A stretch of 63,425 nucleotides of DNA, the filler included, from Thelocarpon superellum (taxonomy: Eukaryota), in assembly GCA_026025795.1 (NCBI GenBank). It is 9 parts of 9 records of this genome, joined end to end, with 100 filler letters (N's around TTAATTAATTAA, not from the genome) between each part and the next. Parts side by side here need not be neighbours in the genome. Positions count along the whole stretch, not along the records: positions 1 to 7,021 come from JAPEUG010000648.1; positions 7,122 to 14,135 come from JAPEUG010000649.1; 7 more parts are not named here. One strand, written 5' to 3'. Under the pieces are notes generated by a model that was not told where the DNA came from, did not search any database, and saw only the letters and a program-made list of their open reading frames with translations. Within the stretch, counting starts at the first letter, position 1; each line of letters opens with the position of its first letter. Below, piece by piece: positions 1 to 13,479 of the stretch. A program made the position numbers and the translations under genes.

Positions 1-143
1 GCGTCGCGGGTACACTCGATTCGCAATCAGCCTGCCAGGGCCCGTCTGCTCAGGTGCCGTCCTGGCCGTGGCCCCCCTCCCACGCCCGCCCGACTCTCCC
101 TAATCTTCGACGCTCGTCGTCGCTTCGCCGCTGTGTCCGCACC

Positions 144-2972
144 ATGACGCGACCACAGATCATCCGGGCCGACACCATCGATCTGCAGGATCACGACGCG
201 CCCTCGGCCCAAGATCATTCCCGGCAACCGACCCATCCAGCACCCTTGGGCCTGGGGCCGCCGTCTCCCCACCAGGCGGGGGCCCTGCGGAAGGCCGGAG
301 AAGAGACGGCCGACGAGCAGCGCAGCAGTCCGCGGATGTCATGGCAGGATGGCGAACGGCCGCTGGACGAGGGCCAGAGCCTCGAGCACGGCCTCGGCTC
401 CTCCACCGACGGCTCCACCGATGATACCGATGAGCATGAGGAGCCCATTCTCCGCCAGAACGGCAATCTCATGAACGATTCCGGCGAAGATGGCGACCTG
501 GCCGATGGTGATGATGGCGACGGCGATGATGACGATGATATGATGGATAAGATTTCTAGCTCCCCCTCGATCGATGACGGTGCGTTCTCCATTGCTTGTC
601 GCCACGTCGATGCCTTGTATCACTCGTTCCCCTGCAGTCCATCCCCGCTCTCAGGTCGTCGCGAGTCATGGGACGATGCGCGGTCAAGCGGGCCTCATAT
701 GATGGACCTATTGGTCGCGAAAGTTGAGACAGCCGCTCTCTACTTTCTCACGTGATATGCGTGGACCGTTCTGACGACTCACAGAGGATATCGATTTCGA
801 GTTCGTCTATGCCCTTCATCAGTTCGTCGCGACTGTCGAAGGACAAGCCAATGCCACCAAAGGCGAGACCATGGTCCTCTTGGATGATAGCAACAGCTAC
901 TGGTGGCTCGTGCGTGTGGTGAAGGACGGCAGCATTGGTACGTGCACGGTGATCGGGCGGTGGTGATCGAGACCATGACGGCTAACCCGAGCCACTGCCG
1001 CCCTCTAGGCTATCTGCCCGCAGAACATATCGAAACGCCGACGGAGCGGTTGGCCCGGCTGAACAAGCATCGAAACATCGACGTGAGTGGATCTGTGCCA
1101 ACGAGGGCGGCGGACCTCGGGATTGACGATTGATCAGTTGTCCGCAACGATGCTGGGCGATAATCCCGAAAAGTCCAAGAACCCGCTGAAGAAGGCCATG
1201 CGCCGACGCAACGCCAAGACGGTGCAGTTCAGCGCCCCCAAGTATTATGAGGCCTCGGACATCGACTACTCAACCGAGGAGGAGGAAGAGGATGAAGAAG
1301 GCTACGCGAACGGGGATGATCACGCCAACGCCGCGAGCGATGCCCACGATGACAATGACGAGATTACCGCGGTGGAACCGCTCCGACCCCGCAATACGAA
1401 TCAAGAATCCAAGGCCGAGGGGCCGGAGCCCGTCGACGCTACAGCGTCCGACGCCAAGGATGGTCCGAACGTGGACGCTACAACCGGGATCCGCGCAAGT
1501 GAGGAGGGCGTCGAACGACCAGGTACGGCTTTTGCGTCCATATCACCGTGTTTCACGCACGATGCTGATCCGCGTAGGTGAAACGATCCACAAGACACGG
1601 AATGGGACGGTCCGGAATACGGACTCGTTCTTCAAAGACGATAACGTGGAGACGCGGAAGATCACGCTGACGCCCAACCTGTTGAGAGATGACTCGAGCG
1701 GCTCCACCATCCGCTCCATCGATTCGAAAGAAGTCGGTCTTGGCCTTTCCCCCTTGATGGGCGTGATGCTGACCTTTCTTCCACCACAGCTTAAGTCGAA
1801 GAACAGCCTGGACAATCTCGAGCGGGTCGTCTCCCCGCCAGAGAGGAACGCCAAGGATGATATCAAGAGGAAGAAAGAGAAGAAACCGGGAATGCTCAGT
1901 GGCCTCTTCAAGCGGAAAGACAAGAAGTCAAAATCTTCCGAGGACGACTTGGACGATGCGCAGTTCGCAGAAAAGCTGTCAGAGGAGTCACGGAGATATT
2001 CCCCTGTGCCCAAAGCCTCGGAGGAACTGTCGAGATCGGGCTCGCAGGCGTCCCTCGCCGGGTCTGAGCGCTCACAGTCGATGCCGCCGAAGTCCGCCGT
2101 CAAGCTACAGAAAGCGCCTCCCAATGGGTACGCGGCGAACAAGGACGCCGCGGTCGCGGCCGCGGCTGCGTCGGAACGTGCTACGTCTGGAGCGCCGCCC
2201 AATGGCTCCTCCTTACGTGTGGTCGATCGCGACGCCGGACCCAGGGCCAGCGCGCAGCCAGCGCCGCTTCAGGTACGAACAACGGAGTCCAAGGGCCCTA
2301 ACGCCGATGTGGACACGCGTTGGGAGGCGTCCAAGGAGATGGACCCGACGTCTCCCCTCGCCCGAACAGAGACAAAGGTCGACCGAGCGGTGCGGACGGA
2401 GAGGGGGCTAGGCATCGACACCTCGCCCGACACGGTAACTCCACGGGACAGCGAGCAATCGAATCGACCAAGCGAACGCTTATCGGAATCGCCCGTCGAA
2501 GTGTCACCGGTGGAAGCGCGGCATCGACGACTCCCGCCACTCATGGTCGACTCCTCCAGCCAGGAGGATGCTTCGGTCTCACCCGTCTCACCCTCGTCCT
2601 CCCCCGAGATGGTCGATGCGCTGGAAGTGCGCGACGCCAAAGCGGCCGAGGACGGTCGTGGCCACGGCCCGGCCTCGTCCACGCCGACGCCAACGTGGAG
2701 TGACGCCAGTCTCCGCACGTACCTCGAGGACGACAACGATATCCGTGATCTCCTCATCGTCGTACATGACAAATCAGGCGTGGAGCCCGCTGGCCCCGAT
2801 CACCCCTTGATGGGTGGTCTCTTCAAAGAAGAGAATGCGCGACTCGCAGACATCACCACAGTAAGCTTGCTCGCCCTCCTCCCGCGCCCATCAGATGCTA
2901 ATCGTGCAGCGTCTCGATGGTCTTCTTGGGGACTGGATGGCTCGTCGAGGGCGCACTGCTGCGATACGATAG
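144..2972 (+). CDS. teaC: SH3-domain cell-end marker / PP1-targeting protein (TeaC/Tea4/Bud14 family), multi-exon
   Basis: ATG 144 (MTRPQIIRADTIDLQ). Spliced exons give the SH3 domain EDIDFEFVYALHQFVATVEGQANATKGETMVLLDDSNSYWWLVRVVKDGSIG|YLPAEHIETPTERLARLNKHRNID, the RVxF-type motif KTVQF, and the C-terminal WSDASLRTYLEDDNDIRDLLIVVHD...RLDGLLGDWM. GT-AG introns with CTRAC/CTAAY branch sites (e.g. 580-784). TAG at 2970-2972. Confidence 0.9.
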
Positions 2973-3869
2973 CCGGTCTTTCCGAAGCAGCAGCCGTCAC
3001 GCCAATATCACGATCTTCGTCGGTCGAGTATGTTCACTCGACCCATGTCACGGCCACCTGTCAGATGCGACCAGCCCGTCATTTCTTTTCCTTGACCCGT
3101 CGCCAACCCTTGTTCATCCCGTCACGCAACCAGCGTCGTCGTGAACGCAGGTTCTTCTTACAGACAACGAGAAGGCTCCGGTCCCATTAGATCGCGCCGC
3201 GCCTTGCGCGCTTATTAGCGTCATCATCACATGCATGGTTCACTGTGTTGTGTTCGATTCCGTTACTCCGCTTCTTCTCCCCTCATTGCCTCCTCGAGAG
3301 AGCTCGCATTGGCGTCCCGGGAGACACATTTTTGTTCCTCCCATAGTCATCCTTGGTTCTGCATCGCCCGTTTCCATTCCCATGTCCACATGCACATGCA
3401 CATCCACACCTCCATATATCCCTGGAAGCGAGCCCGCACATCCTCGGCGGCCTCCTCCTGAACCACCTTCTCCTCCTTCTGTTTCCCATCCTAACCTGGT
3501 TCCTCGTTCTCTTCTCCTCGCTTGTACAGGTGCATTTGTCGAATCGACCACTGCACGATGCGAGCTGCCAGCTGAGCCATGTCAAGTCAGGCACGCAATG
3601 GTCTCAGAAGCTGTAACGAGAGCGGGAACCGAGCAAGCAAAGGAGACCAGAGCAGAGCAGATTAGGAATCTACCCACCTATGCTCCACCTGATATTCCCT
3701 CTGTAGGCTTCACTTGGTCTATCTGCGCCGCCCCGGACATGCGCGATCGGCCACGCAGACGATGGGAGTGATATCTTCTAGAAATTTGATGGACCTCTGG
3801 TTTCAACTCTGGACTCGTGCCCGAGGCTCTATCCATCTGGCCTACCGTCCCACGTCACATTTCATCCTC

Positions 3870-3906
3870 TCCTACCCTATCCTACCCTATCCTACCCTAT
3901 CCTATC
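3870..3906. repeat. (CCTACCCTAT)n microsatellite
   Basis: About 3.5 tandem 10-mers in the intergenic/3' UTR region. Confidence 0.8.
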
Positions 3907-4294
3907 CACTTCTCCCTCCTGATCACTTTCATGTGTCATACCTAATATTTTCGCCCCTCCTCCACATTACTTCATCAGCCGCGTCAGAGTACGACGGCCC
4001 CACATGTGTTCGTTCACACCCTTGCTCGCATTCTTCCTTTCGTGTCAAATATACAGTACAGTACAGTACGGTATAGGGCTACAGATGCGTCGTCAGTACC
4101 ATGGCGTACACCTCGATTGGAATCATGCCTCATACCTAGATAGCATCCCTTCGAGAGATGTTATTGGATTGATGGTAGGACCGTCGTGGCGTGGGTCTTG
4201 CTGTGTGCGTCACATCGCACCTACCGGTCGAAGCCAGTCCAGTCCGGCTGGGCGAAGAGTGACGGTAGGTGATGGTGGTATCGGCGCAGGCCAT

Positions 4295-5638
4295 TCACGT
4301 GCCACCGAGCCCGAAGAAAGCGTCGTCGAATTCGCCACCTTCTCCGAGATCAGCCGCGGCGCCGGCGCCGGCGCCGTCGCCGAGATCCATATCGTTGGCG
4401 TTGAAGAAGAGGTCGTCGAAGTTGGTGGATTCGGGCGGGAGAAGATCGGCGGAGATGCTGGAGGGGTCGAAGTTGAGCTTGTCGGCTGACACGGGCACCT
4501 GCTGTTTCATCACCATGGCGTTCTCGCCGTTCTCGGCCAGGCTGGTAGATGGCATCTCCAGAAGGTCCATCTCTTCACTGCCGTTGGCGTATTTTTCTAG
4601 CCCCGGCAGTAGGGCGCTCATGTCGTCGTTGGCGGCGGCCCCGGCTTGGTCGAGGCCGGTGGGATCTAGATCTCCGTTGAGGGACCCGCCGAGCATGTCG
4701 TGCTGGCCCGTCGCGTCGTCGACGCCGAAATCGAGGTCGAAGTTAAGGTCGCCGCTCACCCCGCCACCCGCCGAATCCGGGAACATCGACTCGAGGTCCA
4801 TCTTGTCCAAGCCGGCCGTCGCCGGCGTCTCGTCTTGGGCCGCACCCTTCTCTCCATCCTCGCCCATCTTCTCGTCCCCACTGTCCGCCGCGCTCTTCTC
4901 TCCGGGTGCGGTGAGGTTCGAGAGGTCGAGGTCTGGAAGTGACGCGAGCACGGTCTCATTCAGAGGCGTCGTCGCCAGCTGCGCCTGCGTGATGACCTCG
5001 GTTCGGGTCGCACCACCGGCACCCGGCGCCGTAGATTTGGCTCCGTCCTGCGCCGTCTCCGACGGGCCTGAACCCTCGGCCTTTATTTCGGGTTGGTCCT
5101 CCGTCACGTCCATGGCCGTGCTGGCGTCGGTCGCGACGGCGGGAAGGTCCTGGGCCGCTGCCAGCCGTCGCTTCTCCGCCGCCGCTTCCTCCTCCCTCTG
5201 AGCTCGACGTGCGCGGACCGTGGAAAGGTCGCGCGCCATGGTGGCTTTAGCCAGAAGCTGGAAGATTGCGAGCACCATCAGTCTCCATGCGACGGCCAAC
5301 GCGCGGAAGGGTGGGGATCACTCACAATCTCCACCTCGAGCGTGTCCAGGGCGCCCTGGAACCGGCCCAGGGCGCCTGGGATGACTTGCCTCATCTGCGC
5401 ATTTGTATGAATCAAGTTCTTGGGGTTGTGTTTGGCTGGGTCACGGAAGACCTTGGCGGACTGCACCAGCTGTGATTGTCAGTGAGCGAGGGCACACGCA
5501 GGTAGCCGGCCAGACAAAGGGTCATCGTACCACGGCCGTCACCATCGTCCAGAGAACATCGAGCGCATGTTGCGCAGATTGCGCCTGGCTGGGAGGTTGC
5601 GCCTGGCTGGGAGGTTGCGCCATTGCATTCGTCTTCAT
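4295..5638 (-). CDS. Conserved 3-exon protein, possibly Mediator tail subunit Med2/Med29-like
   Basis: Exons MAQPPSQAQ...|LVQSAKVF...RFQGALDTLEVEI|LLAKATMARDLSTVRARRAQREEE, with canonical introns. Helical/coiled-coil N-terminus and a long acidic tail (FDDLFF...EFDDAFFG). The gene model is good; the Med2 identity is an inference. Confidence 0.55.
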
Positions 5639-7021
5639 TGTCACCAGGGCATGTCCAGCGATTCACCACCGTGCCAGCTGCCAAATGATATCTGTCCTAT
5701 CACGTGCGGTCTGCTCAACAAGGCGCCCGACGCATCAGTCGGGTCGCATCACGTAATCACACAGCTAGTGGTGCCACTCCACAACGTCGGTCATTGGCAC
5801 AAAGTATCGCAAGTCGTGGCATTTCACAGCTCAAGAGGTCGCTACACCATACCATGCTGCATTTCTTAGATAGATGATGCAGGGGGCACTCGCTGGCCTC
5901 TTGACAGACGCATGATCTCGCGGCCGTTAGTCCCAAGGTGTACTGGTGGCTACAGCTGATGTGCATGTAACCCTCGAGGCGAAAAGGTAGCCAGGAACGA
6001 GCACGTTGGGGATGGCGGCAGCTGGTGCACAGCACTGCGCGTTGGACGAGGAGCCATCGTTCCACGGTCCGTACCTCAATTCTACATTATTGCTGGTGTA
6101 GCGAGCGCATTCGAGCAACCGCCGAGACTGACGACCACAACCAATCGGGCGAGACAGGCCCTCGTGCCGAGAGAGGCGACCCGAAAGTCCATGTGGCTCA
6201 GGCAGCTATCGATAGGTAGCCACATAGCATAGGCTTGTCACATCTCTGAGACACTTCAATGATCAGAGTCACGACGCGGACGAGAGCGATGGATGAGGGC
6301 CAAGGACAGACCGTAGGGGCTCTGGATTGGTCAAGCATTCAAGGAAGGCACGACAACAAAGGTTGTAGCCGGCACAGTTGGGGTCGAGGCACCGGTGCAC
6401 AGGGAGGGAGCAGCCGGCAGGGGCACCGGCAGGGACACACGGCCCGACAGGACTTCCACCAGCCAAAGGAAGATCAGTCGGCAGATGCCCAAAGTGACGT
6501 TAGAGTCGCGCTAATTTGCTGCCCAGGCTTGACCTGAACCGACAAGCGCTAGCCCGACTATTCTGCTACTGGGGGGGCATGGGTGGGTGAACAACGAGCC
6601 AGGGAGCTCCCAAGCTTTCTAGCCTTCCGGCAACTTCACAATCCCAGGTCCTACGAAACTGTGCGCCCTCTCGCTTCGTCTTAGCGGACCGGCACCAGAG
6701 CAGCGAACGAGGATTGGCTGTGGCTGCTAGGCCCGCTACTCTCTCTCCCTCTCCCTCTCTTTTTTCTGGGCACATCAACTCCGACGACTACGAGTACCAT
6801 ACTCGTCCCCCCTCCGTCCCCTCGTCCCCTCGTCCGTGCTTGCGGCGTTTGTACCATACCAAGTACTCGTGCCCCGGGACGAAGTGCCTCTGCACCCACC
6901 TGCGGCAGCACCTCGACTGCGCCAAGCGCCTGCCCGTCGCAGAGCTCCTCCACCGCCAGCACCACGGCGACTAACCCAGCAGGTCCGGCGGGAGTACCAC
7001 CACCACCACCACCACCACCAC

Positions 7022-7121
7022 NNNNNNNNNNNNNNNNNNNNNNNNNNNNNNNNNNNNNNNNNNNNTTAATTAATTAANNNNNNNNNNNNNNNNNNNNNNN
7101 NNNNNNNNNNNNNNNNNNNNN
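7022..7121. other. Artificial contig linker N44-TTAATTAATTAA-N44
   Basis: 100-nt linker with stops in all six frames, identical at eight positions. Confidence 0.98.
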
Positions 7122-7992
7122 TAGGACGGGTACGGGGACGCCCATCCAGGACGACCACAGCTACGTAGCGATCGTCACGAGCCGAGCCTGGCCCACAGCG
7201 AAGCGGGGTAGGCGTAACCTTGGTCAATCACCCTAACGTGCGCCTCTTTTCATCACACCCTTCCTCTCTTGGAACGCGTGGCATGGGAGCGATCGGACAG
7301 ATGGCTATTCTTTCAAGTCCCCGGCCTCCAATGCTACAGAAGTCGAGAATCTCTCATATTGATCATGTCATCGAACCGTCCGTCGCAGGCCATGGAAGCA
7401 TCACGTGGCGTGTCCTGTGCACTTGGGGGGTGGAATACCGTGCCTTATAGACCCTGGCGTGCAAGAGACATCGACTCGTCCCGAGACTCTTGGAGCTCAA
7501 ATTGTCACATCCATCTGGCAGGGCATTCGCAGCGCCACCAATTACCGGCAGGCTCTGCGTTGCTGCTGGAGGTTTCGGATGGAGAATAGCGCGCTGCTCG
7601 AGGGACACCCTGATTAGAATGGAAATACTAGTGACAGCTCGAACTGATACCCCCGACCCGGATCCCCTTCCCGTTGCCGTAACCGCGCTGAAACGACCCA
7701 GTCGACCAGACCACGACCCGTGGGGAATCGAAGGAAAGAAGAGAGCCGGCCAGGTGCCTCGCGTGGAAATGAAGACAAAGCGAGGGAGAAAGAAAGAATG
7801 GTCGAGGCCTTAAGACACGGACAAGGCGAAGAAACATAGTGGATCGGTCAAACAGCCCGCCAAAGATCGTGCAGTGCCCTCCCCAGCGCGCCCCCAGAAG
7901 CTCCCAAGCCGCCAGAGGCGCTGACCAAGTAATATATAACAGAGAAAGGGCTCCATCATGCCACGGTGCTTCCAACTTCCGTCCATCCTCGC

Positions 7993-10900
7993 CTACGTTG
8001 CCGCAGGACCCTCGTGGTCCGACGCCGCAGGTGACGGAGGAGAGACGATCGTCGTTGGCTGGGCCTTCTCCTCACCCTCCGCCGGACCGTCGACTGCGGG
8101 GGTTTCCAACGCTTCCTCTGGCCCCGACTCTTCTTCACGGCCGCCCTCAGGAATCATCTCCTCCTTTGCCTTCCCCGCTTCATCGTTGGCCTCGTCGGCT
8201 TCGCGTATCTCGCCCACGCTCTTGGACGTTCCTCGTCGTCGCCGTCGCGCCCGTCGTTCATCGTCCACGCTCTCGCGCCGCCGTCGCACGTTGTCGTTAA
8301 GCGTACCGGTGGCAGCCGACCCAGCATCTGTACCATCCCCGCGGAGGCCTTGAAGCATGTTGGCCGCCCGGTCTGCCACGTCTTCGCTCTCCGATGCCGC
8401 CTCAGCGGTGGCCGGAGATGTGTCACTCGGTTGGCTCTCGGGACTGAGCAGCCCGGGGCTGGTGTCAGACACGGCCTCGCCGATCGGTGGCACGCGCTGC
8501 CCTGACGCCACGCGCGTTTGGTGGCGATCCTGGAGGCGAGCCCGTCGGCGACGGTCACGCTGATCCCGTGCCTGCGGCGCTGCCGCCCGCAGCTTCTCCA
8601 GCAGCGAGTCCATCGCGCCCGTCGTCGTGGGCGAGCCAGGTCCAGCGTCAGCACCCGCCGACGCGGTAATGCCCCCTGCCGCGTGCTTGCGGCGCATCGA
8701 GGCTTCGTTGCGCCGGCGCGTCTCTTCCATGACCATGTTCTTCTCTCGCGATTTCTGCCCTCGCCGTTAGCATCATCTCACAAGCCGACGCGGCCGAGTG
8801 CGCTCACCTTCCATTCCGTCACGAAGATAGCCAGCTTGGAGAAGAAATCACGGCGTGCGTTGTCATCCGATGAGTCTTCGCCGTAAAACATCATGATGTC
8901 GTCGTAGGTGCGCGACATCTCTTCGAGATACAGCTGCATTTGCTCCGCCTTCCGCCGCGCGTCCTTCATCGACCGCTGCACCACTTGACTCACACGATCC
9001 TGCGGATGGAACTTCTTCGGGTCGCTCAGGTTGCCCGAGTCCAGCGAACTCTGGACGTTGCGGATGTTCTCGATGTACCTCTTCGCGTCCTGCTGCAGCT
9101 GGTCCACGTTGAGTTTCTGTGCCGTCACGACACCCCCAATGTCCTCGGTGAAGTCCTCCCACTCGGGATACTGCGTCCGCACGATTCGTTCCACCAGATC
9201 CGCAAACGTCGACTCATTTTTGTCGTCCTTGACCATACCCAGGCGCGCCAACGAGCTGAGCTTGAAGCCTGTCGCCTGCTTGTTCGAGTCGTTCATGTAG
9301 TTGCCAATGTCGAGAATGAGCCCCAAGATGTTCATGAGCGACACAGAGTCACGCAGCGATTCCGACACGCGCACGACCTCCTTGAGCTTCTCTGCCACGT
9401 CGTCGTACTCCTGCTCAAAGGTGCGCGTGAGGGCCAGCGCGCGCATCCGTGACTTCCAGTAGTGATGCAGCTCGAAGGCCGTCTGCAGATACACCTGATC
9501 TTCCCGCGTCAGCTCCGCCGGGTCCTGTTCGCGCACACTCCGGTGCGCGTCCGGTCCCGTCCAGTCCTTGCTGTATGGGGCCATCAGCTTCGCGGTGTTG
9601 TCGGGAATATTGCACATGTCGTCTTTCTGCAGGAAATCCATGACCACATTGTTATCGAGCACCTCACGGTCGCAGTGAATGATCATCTGCAATACCTTCT
9701 CCACAGAGTACGACGAAAATTTGGCGAGCGAGATTTCTAGCACCGCGTCAGCACATGCGTCGTTCGCCTCTGCCATGCAGCGAGAGGAAGCGAAACTCAC
9801 GGAAGTTGCGCATCAGATCGCTGGAGATGATCTGTTTCTTGTCGTTTTTCTTGCCGCCACTCTTGCCGAGCTGCTTGATCTCCTTGGCCAGAAAGAGCTT
9901 CTCCACTTCCTCCAACACACCACGTCGCGACAACTCGAGATACTTCTCCTCCTTGGCTTGGTGAGTGGGAGCGTGAGCGGCCCAGATGGTCACCTGAGGC
10001 GCGTCGACCTTCTCCCAATGCAAGGCCTTGAGCTTCTTCTTCGGCCGGGCTACCGGCAGGCCAAGAGTGGGAGCGGCTGTGTAGACAGACTGCGGAAGGA
10101 AGCCGCCGCTGCGAGGACTCGGCAACGGGGGCGCACCAGGAATCGGAGGTGGAAGCATAGCTCCCGCGGGATTGGTAAGCGAATGGGATCCTGGACGGGA
10201 GCCGGGCATCGGCGGTGGAGGGGGAGGTGGGCCACCCATCGAAGGTGACGACAGCGACGGTGGCGGCGGTGGCGGAGGAGGTGGAGCAGGGCCATTCTCA
10301 AATCCAGGCATCTCACGAGCCCCTCCAGGCGAGGCGCCCTTGAATTTACCGTCGACGCGCTGCGGGTGCTCGTCGCTCGGCGTCCGGGGCGATTCGGATT
10401 CGAGGCTGGGATGGGATGGACCGGTGGTCACACCGTCACCGTCCGCATCCTCGTCGTCGCTGGCGTCGTATTTCTTGATCTTGGACGCGATCTCGCCGAG
10501 GAGGCCGTTCGCCTGCTCCGGGTTCATCTTTGGCCGCCGCACGTTGGCGCCACTCGCGCCCGCGTCCTCGTCTTCTTCGGGCACCGCCGTGGGCGCGGAC
10601 CCCTTGCGAGCATTGGGCTTGCTGCGCGCCACGCTGCCCAGGGTGCTGTTCGTGAAAGTGCGCCGGGTCCGCTCCTGGAATTCCGCCTCCTTGGTGGGAT
10701 CGCCATCCATCTGCTCGCGGAGCTCGCGTAACTTGTCCGATGGGCCAACCTGGCCCCAGACGCGGCCCTCGAGCATGAACTGCGTCTTCTGCCGCTCGAG
10801 CTGCATTTCGAGCCGGTCCATGAGCTTGGTGCGATCGAGGATGCCCTTCATCTGGGCGGGATCGCTGGCACCGAGCCCATCCTTGCCGCTCTTGGATGCC

Positions 10901-13479
10901 TGGGAGGCGGCGACGTCCTGCGCATCGCGCAGCATAAGATACAGCTCGCGCGTCTCGAGCTCATTGCGCTGGAGCTCACGGGCGCGGACCGTCTGTAGGT
11001 CGAGAAGCTCGGCCTTCAGACCATCATTCTGACGCCGCTGTACCTCGATGACAGCCGCTTGTTCCTCCAACTGACGTTGCATCTTCGCCACCAGCCCATC
11101 CGCGCCGAGCTCGATCTTGGCCTTCATCTCATCCCGCTCCGCCAGGGCGGAGTCGGCTAGCTGACGGGCCTCGATCGACTCGTCCAGGGCTTGGCGGGCT
11201 TCGGAGTCAGTGTGGAGCTTGTCCATCAAGCTCTGGACCGTGAAGTTCAGGCTTTGCTTCAGGTCCATGTCTGGCAGGCGACGATCCATGGCAACGTAGC
11301 TGAGCATGGCATCCACGAGCTGGAACATGCGGAGCCGATCCTCGCCTTCGTTCTCGCGAATCAGCAGCATGTGCTGCATGGCGGAGACAAAGTAGTCCTG
11401 CGTCCGACTACCCTGCACTTTGGACATGATGGCATCGACGATCTGGGCCGGGTCGTTGAGGTCCTTGACCTCGCCGTCGATGCTGTCCTTGATGCTGCTG
11501 TTCTCGCGCTCTAGGAGATCCTCGTAATCAATGGCCTCATTTGCGCGGTAGCGCTCGACCTGCTTGTCGATGACTTCGTACTGGAAGCCCTCCATCTTGA
11601 CCAGGATGCGCTTGATTCCGCATGATGTGAATTGGGCGCGGATGTGACAGCGCAGCTGCAGGTCGCGCTCGGGGGCGTCGATGATCATGTTGAGCAGAAA
11701 CAGCGTCGCGACGGCGTATTCCATCAGCAGGTTCTCCATGCCGATGCCACCGTTGCGCAGCTCCTCGCTCGCGCCCACCAAACTGCCCATCTTGCCGCGG
11801 CCGTCGATGGTGACCTCCACTACGCGCATCCAGGCATCGAATCGGCCATTTTCCCCCTGTTGGTGCTTGACATGATCCATGGCTTGTAAGACCTTCAGGT
11901 GGCCCTGACCGTCGGCCCAATGGCACAAGAAGGTCAGCACTTCGCTGACGAGCTTGCGCGTCGTCAAGCGCGGCGAAATGAGAGACGTGGCGAGAGAGAC
12001 GATGACCTGCTGGTGAGCAAGTGCGTCGTCGGCGCCATACTTGTTGTTCATCAGGGCCTTGAGACACTTGACAATATCGTATTCGCGGTCCAGATCCTTA
12101 TCGCTCGTTGTGCCATTCGATGGCGCCGGGCCATGGGCTTGCCGTCGGTTGATCTTGCCCAGGACGTTGGTCAGGGCAACCTGACCCTGGGCCTGGACGA
12201 AGGATTTGACCCAGCTGATGGGCTGGGTGCGCAGGCTGACGCTGAGGCTCTGCAGCTGCTTGGCCGTGATGCTGTCATCCATGACCTTCTTGACGAACCA
12301 CTCCGGTGTACCCTCCTCGTCGGCGCGTTGGACGGCGACGGCGTTGCCGTCCGGGCCGACCACAGTCAAGCGGGCATTGGTACGACGCTTCTGCTCGCCC
12401 TGCCACTCCGTAAGCTTGTCCTGGTAAACAAGCGTCCACTTCTTTGCGGCGGGGTAGGCGAGCATCTGTCGACGAGCTTGCTCGGGGAGATTCTGCCATC
12501 CCCGCTTGTGCATGAGCTCGAGGAAATGCCTCTCTACTTCTTCGTCGGCTGTTGGGCGCTGGAGATTGAACCCGTCGGGGCCAGCGGGTCCGAAGGATGA
12601 GGTCGAGCTGAAGGCTGTTGGGGATTGCAAGTTGTAGAAGCCGCCCTGTTGCTGGGAGTGCCGCGAGGCATGAGAGGCGCGTGAGGAGTGAGGGTGCAAG
12701 GTGTAGGATTCGGATTGCGGCGAGAAGACGGCTGTATGCGAGCTGCTGGGAGAGAGGAGACTCGACTCGCGCGTGTTTGACGACACGGAGGAGAAGATGC
12801 TGGCTTGATCCATCGAGGTGCGGGCGACGGAAGGATCGAGATGATGACCGTTAAAACCATTCAGCGCGTTAGCCAAACTACTCGACCGAGTGTAATGCTG
12901 CATCATGGTGGCGCGATCGCCATTTAAGCTGGGTGAGGCAGAGAGATGCGAGCCGGGCGCGGGCCGTGGACCAGACGGATGAGCACCGGCGGAAGGAGGT
13001 GGCGAGGCGTTGTAGAAGGCAGGGTACTGATGGAAGTCGGTGCCGTTCTTATTCAGGTGGTGAGGTAAGGGCTCCTTCTGGGTCGACTTCTGGTCGCCAC
13101 GGGGCAGGTAGTCGACGGAGATGGGGGCCTTGGGGTCGGCCGGGACGCTATCATAGGGAATGGAGGTGATGACGCCGGCGGTCATGGCCAAGCCGTTCAG
13201 GTCTTCTGTTGGCGACCGTGGTCGCCCGACCGTGTGCCGCGAGGCCGTGGATGCGCGATAGTTCTGCCGAGAGCTCCGAGCGCCAGGGCTGTTTCCTCCA
13301 CTGCCGCCGGCAGTACCGCTGGACGGATCGAGCCCATCGCGGGCCTCATCGCTGACGGCCCTCTTCTCGCCCGGCTTATCCTTGTGTAACTTGGAGCGAG
13401 AGAAGAAGGACTTGCCGCCAGAAGACTGGCGGGCTTTGCTGGTATCGACGGCAGGCGTCGCCGAAGCCGTCGTGGGCAT
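7993..13479 (-). CDS. sepA: Formin (GBD/FH3, FH1 poly-Pro, FH2, DAD), SepA/Bni1 orthologue
   Basis: Exons 13479-9801, 9736-8808 and 8754-7993. Motifs KKWTLVYQD, LSVSLRTQPISWV, poly-Pro tracts, KKLKALHWEKV, GNYMNDSNKQATGFKLSSL and the DAD MDSLLEKLR. Confidence 0.96.

Noticed and set aside
697..775. C/D snoRNA in the long first intron of teaC
   Set aside because: Box C is imperfect (ATGATGG), the CTGA is the branch site, and I recognised no rRNA-complementary guide
6100..6480. EATRKSMWLRQL resembling Ty1/copia RNase H (EAxWLRxL)
   Set aside because: A single short motif; the flanking conserved motifs (EAEY, DNQ, KHID) are not recoverable in frame
7066..7077. TTAATTAATTAA recurring about every 7 kb as a biological repeat or transposon target
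   Set aside because: Always embedded in N44 flanks; it is a synthetic six-frame stop spacer
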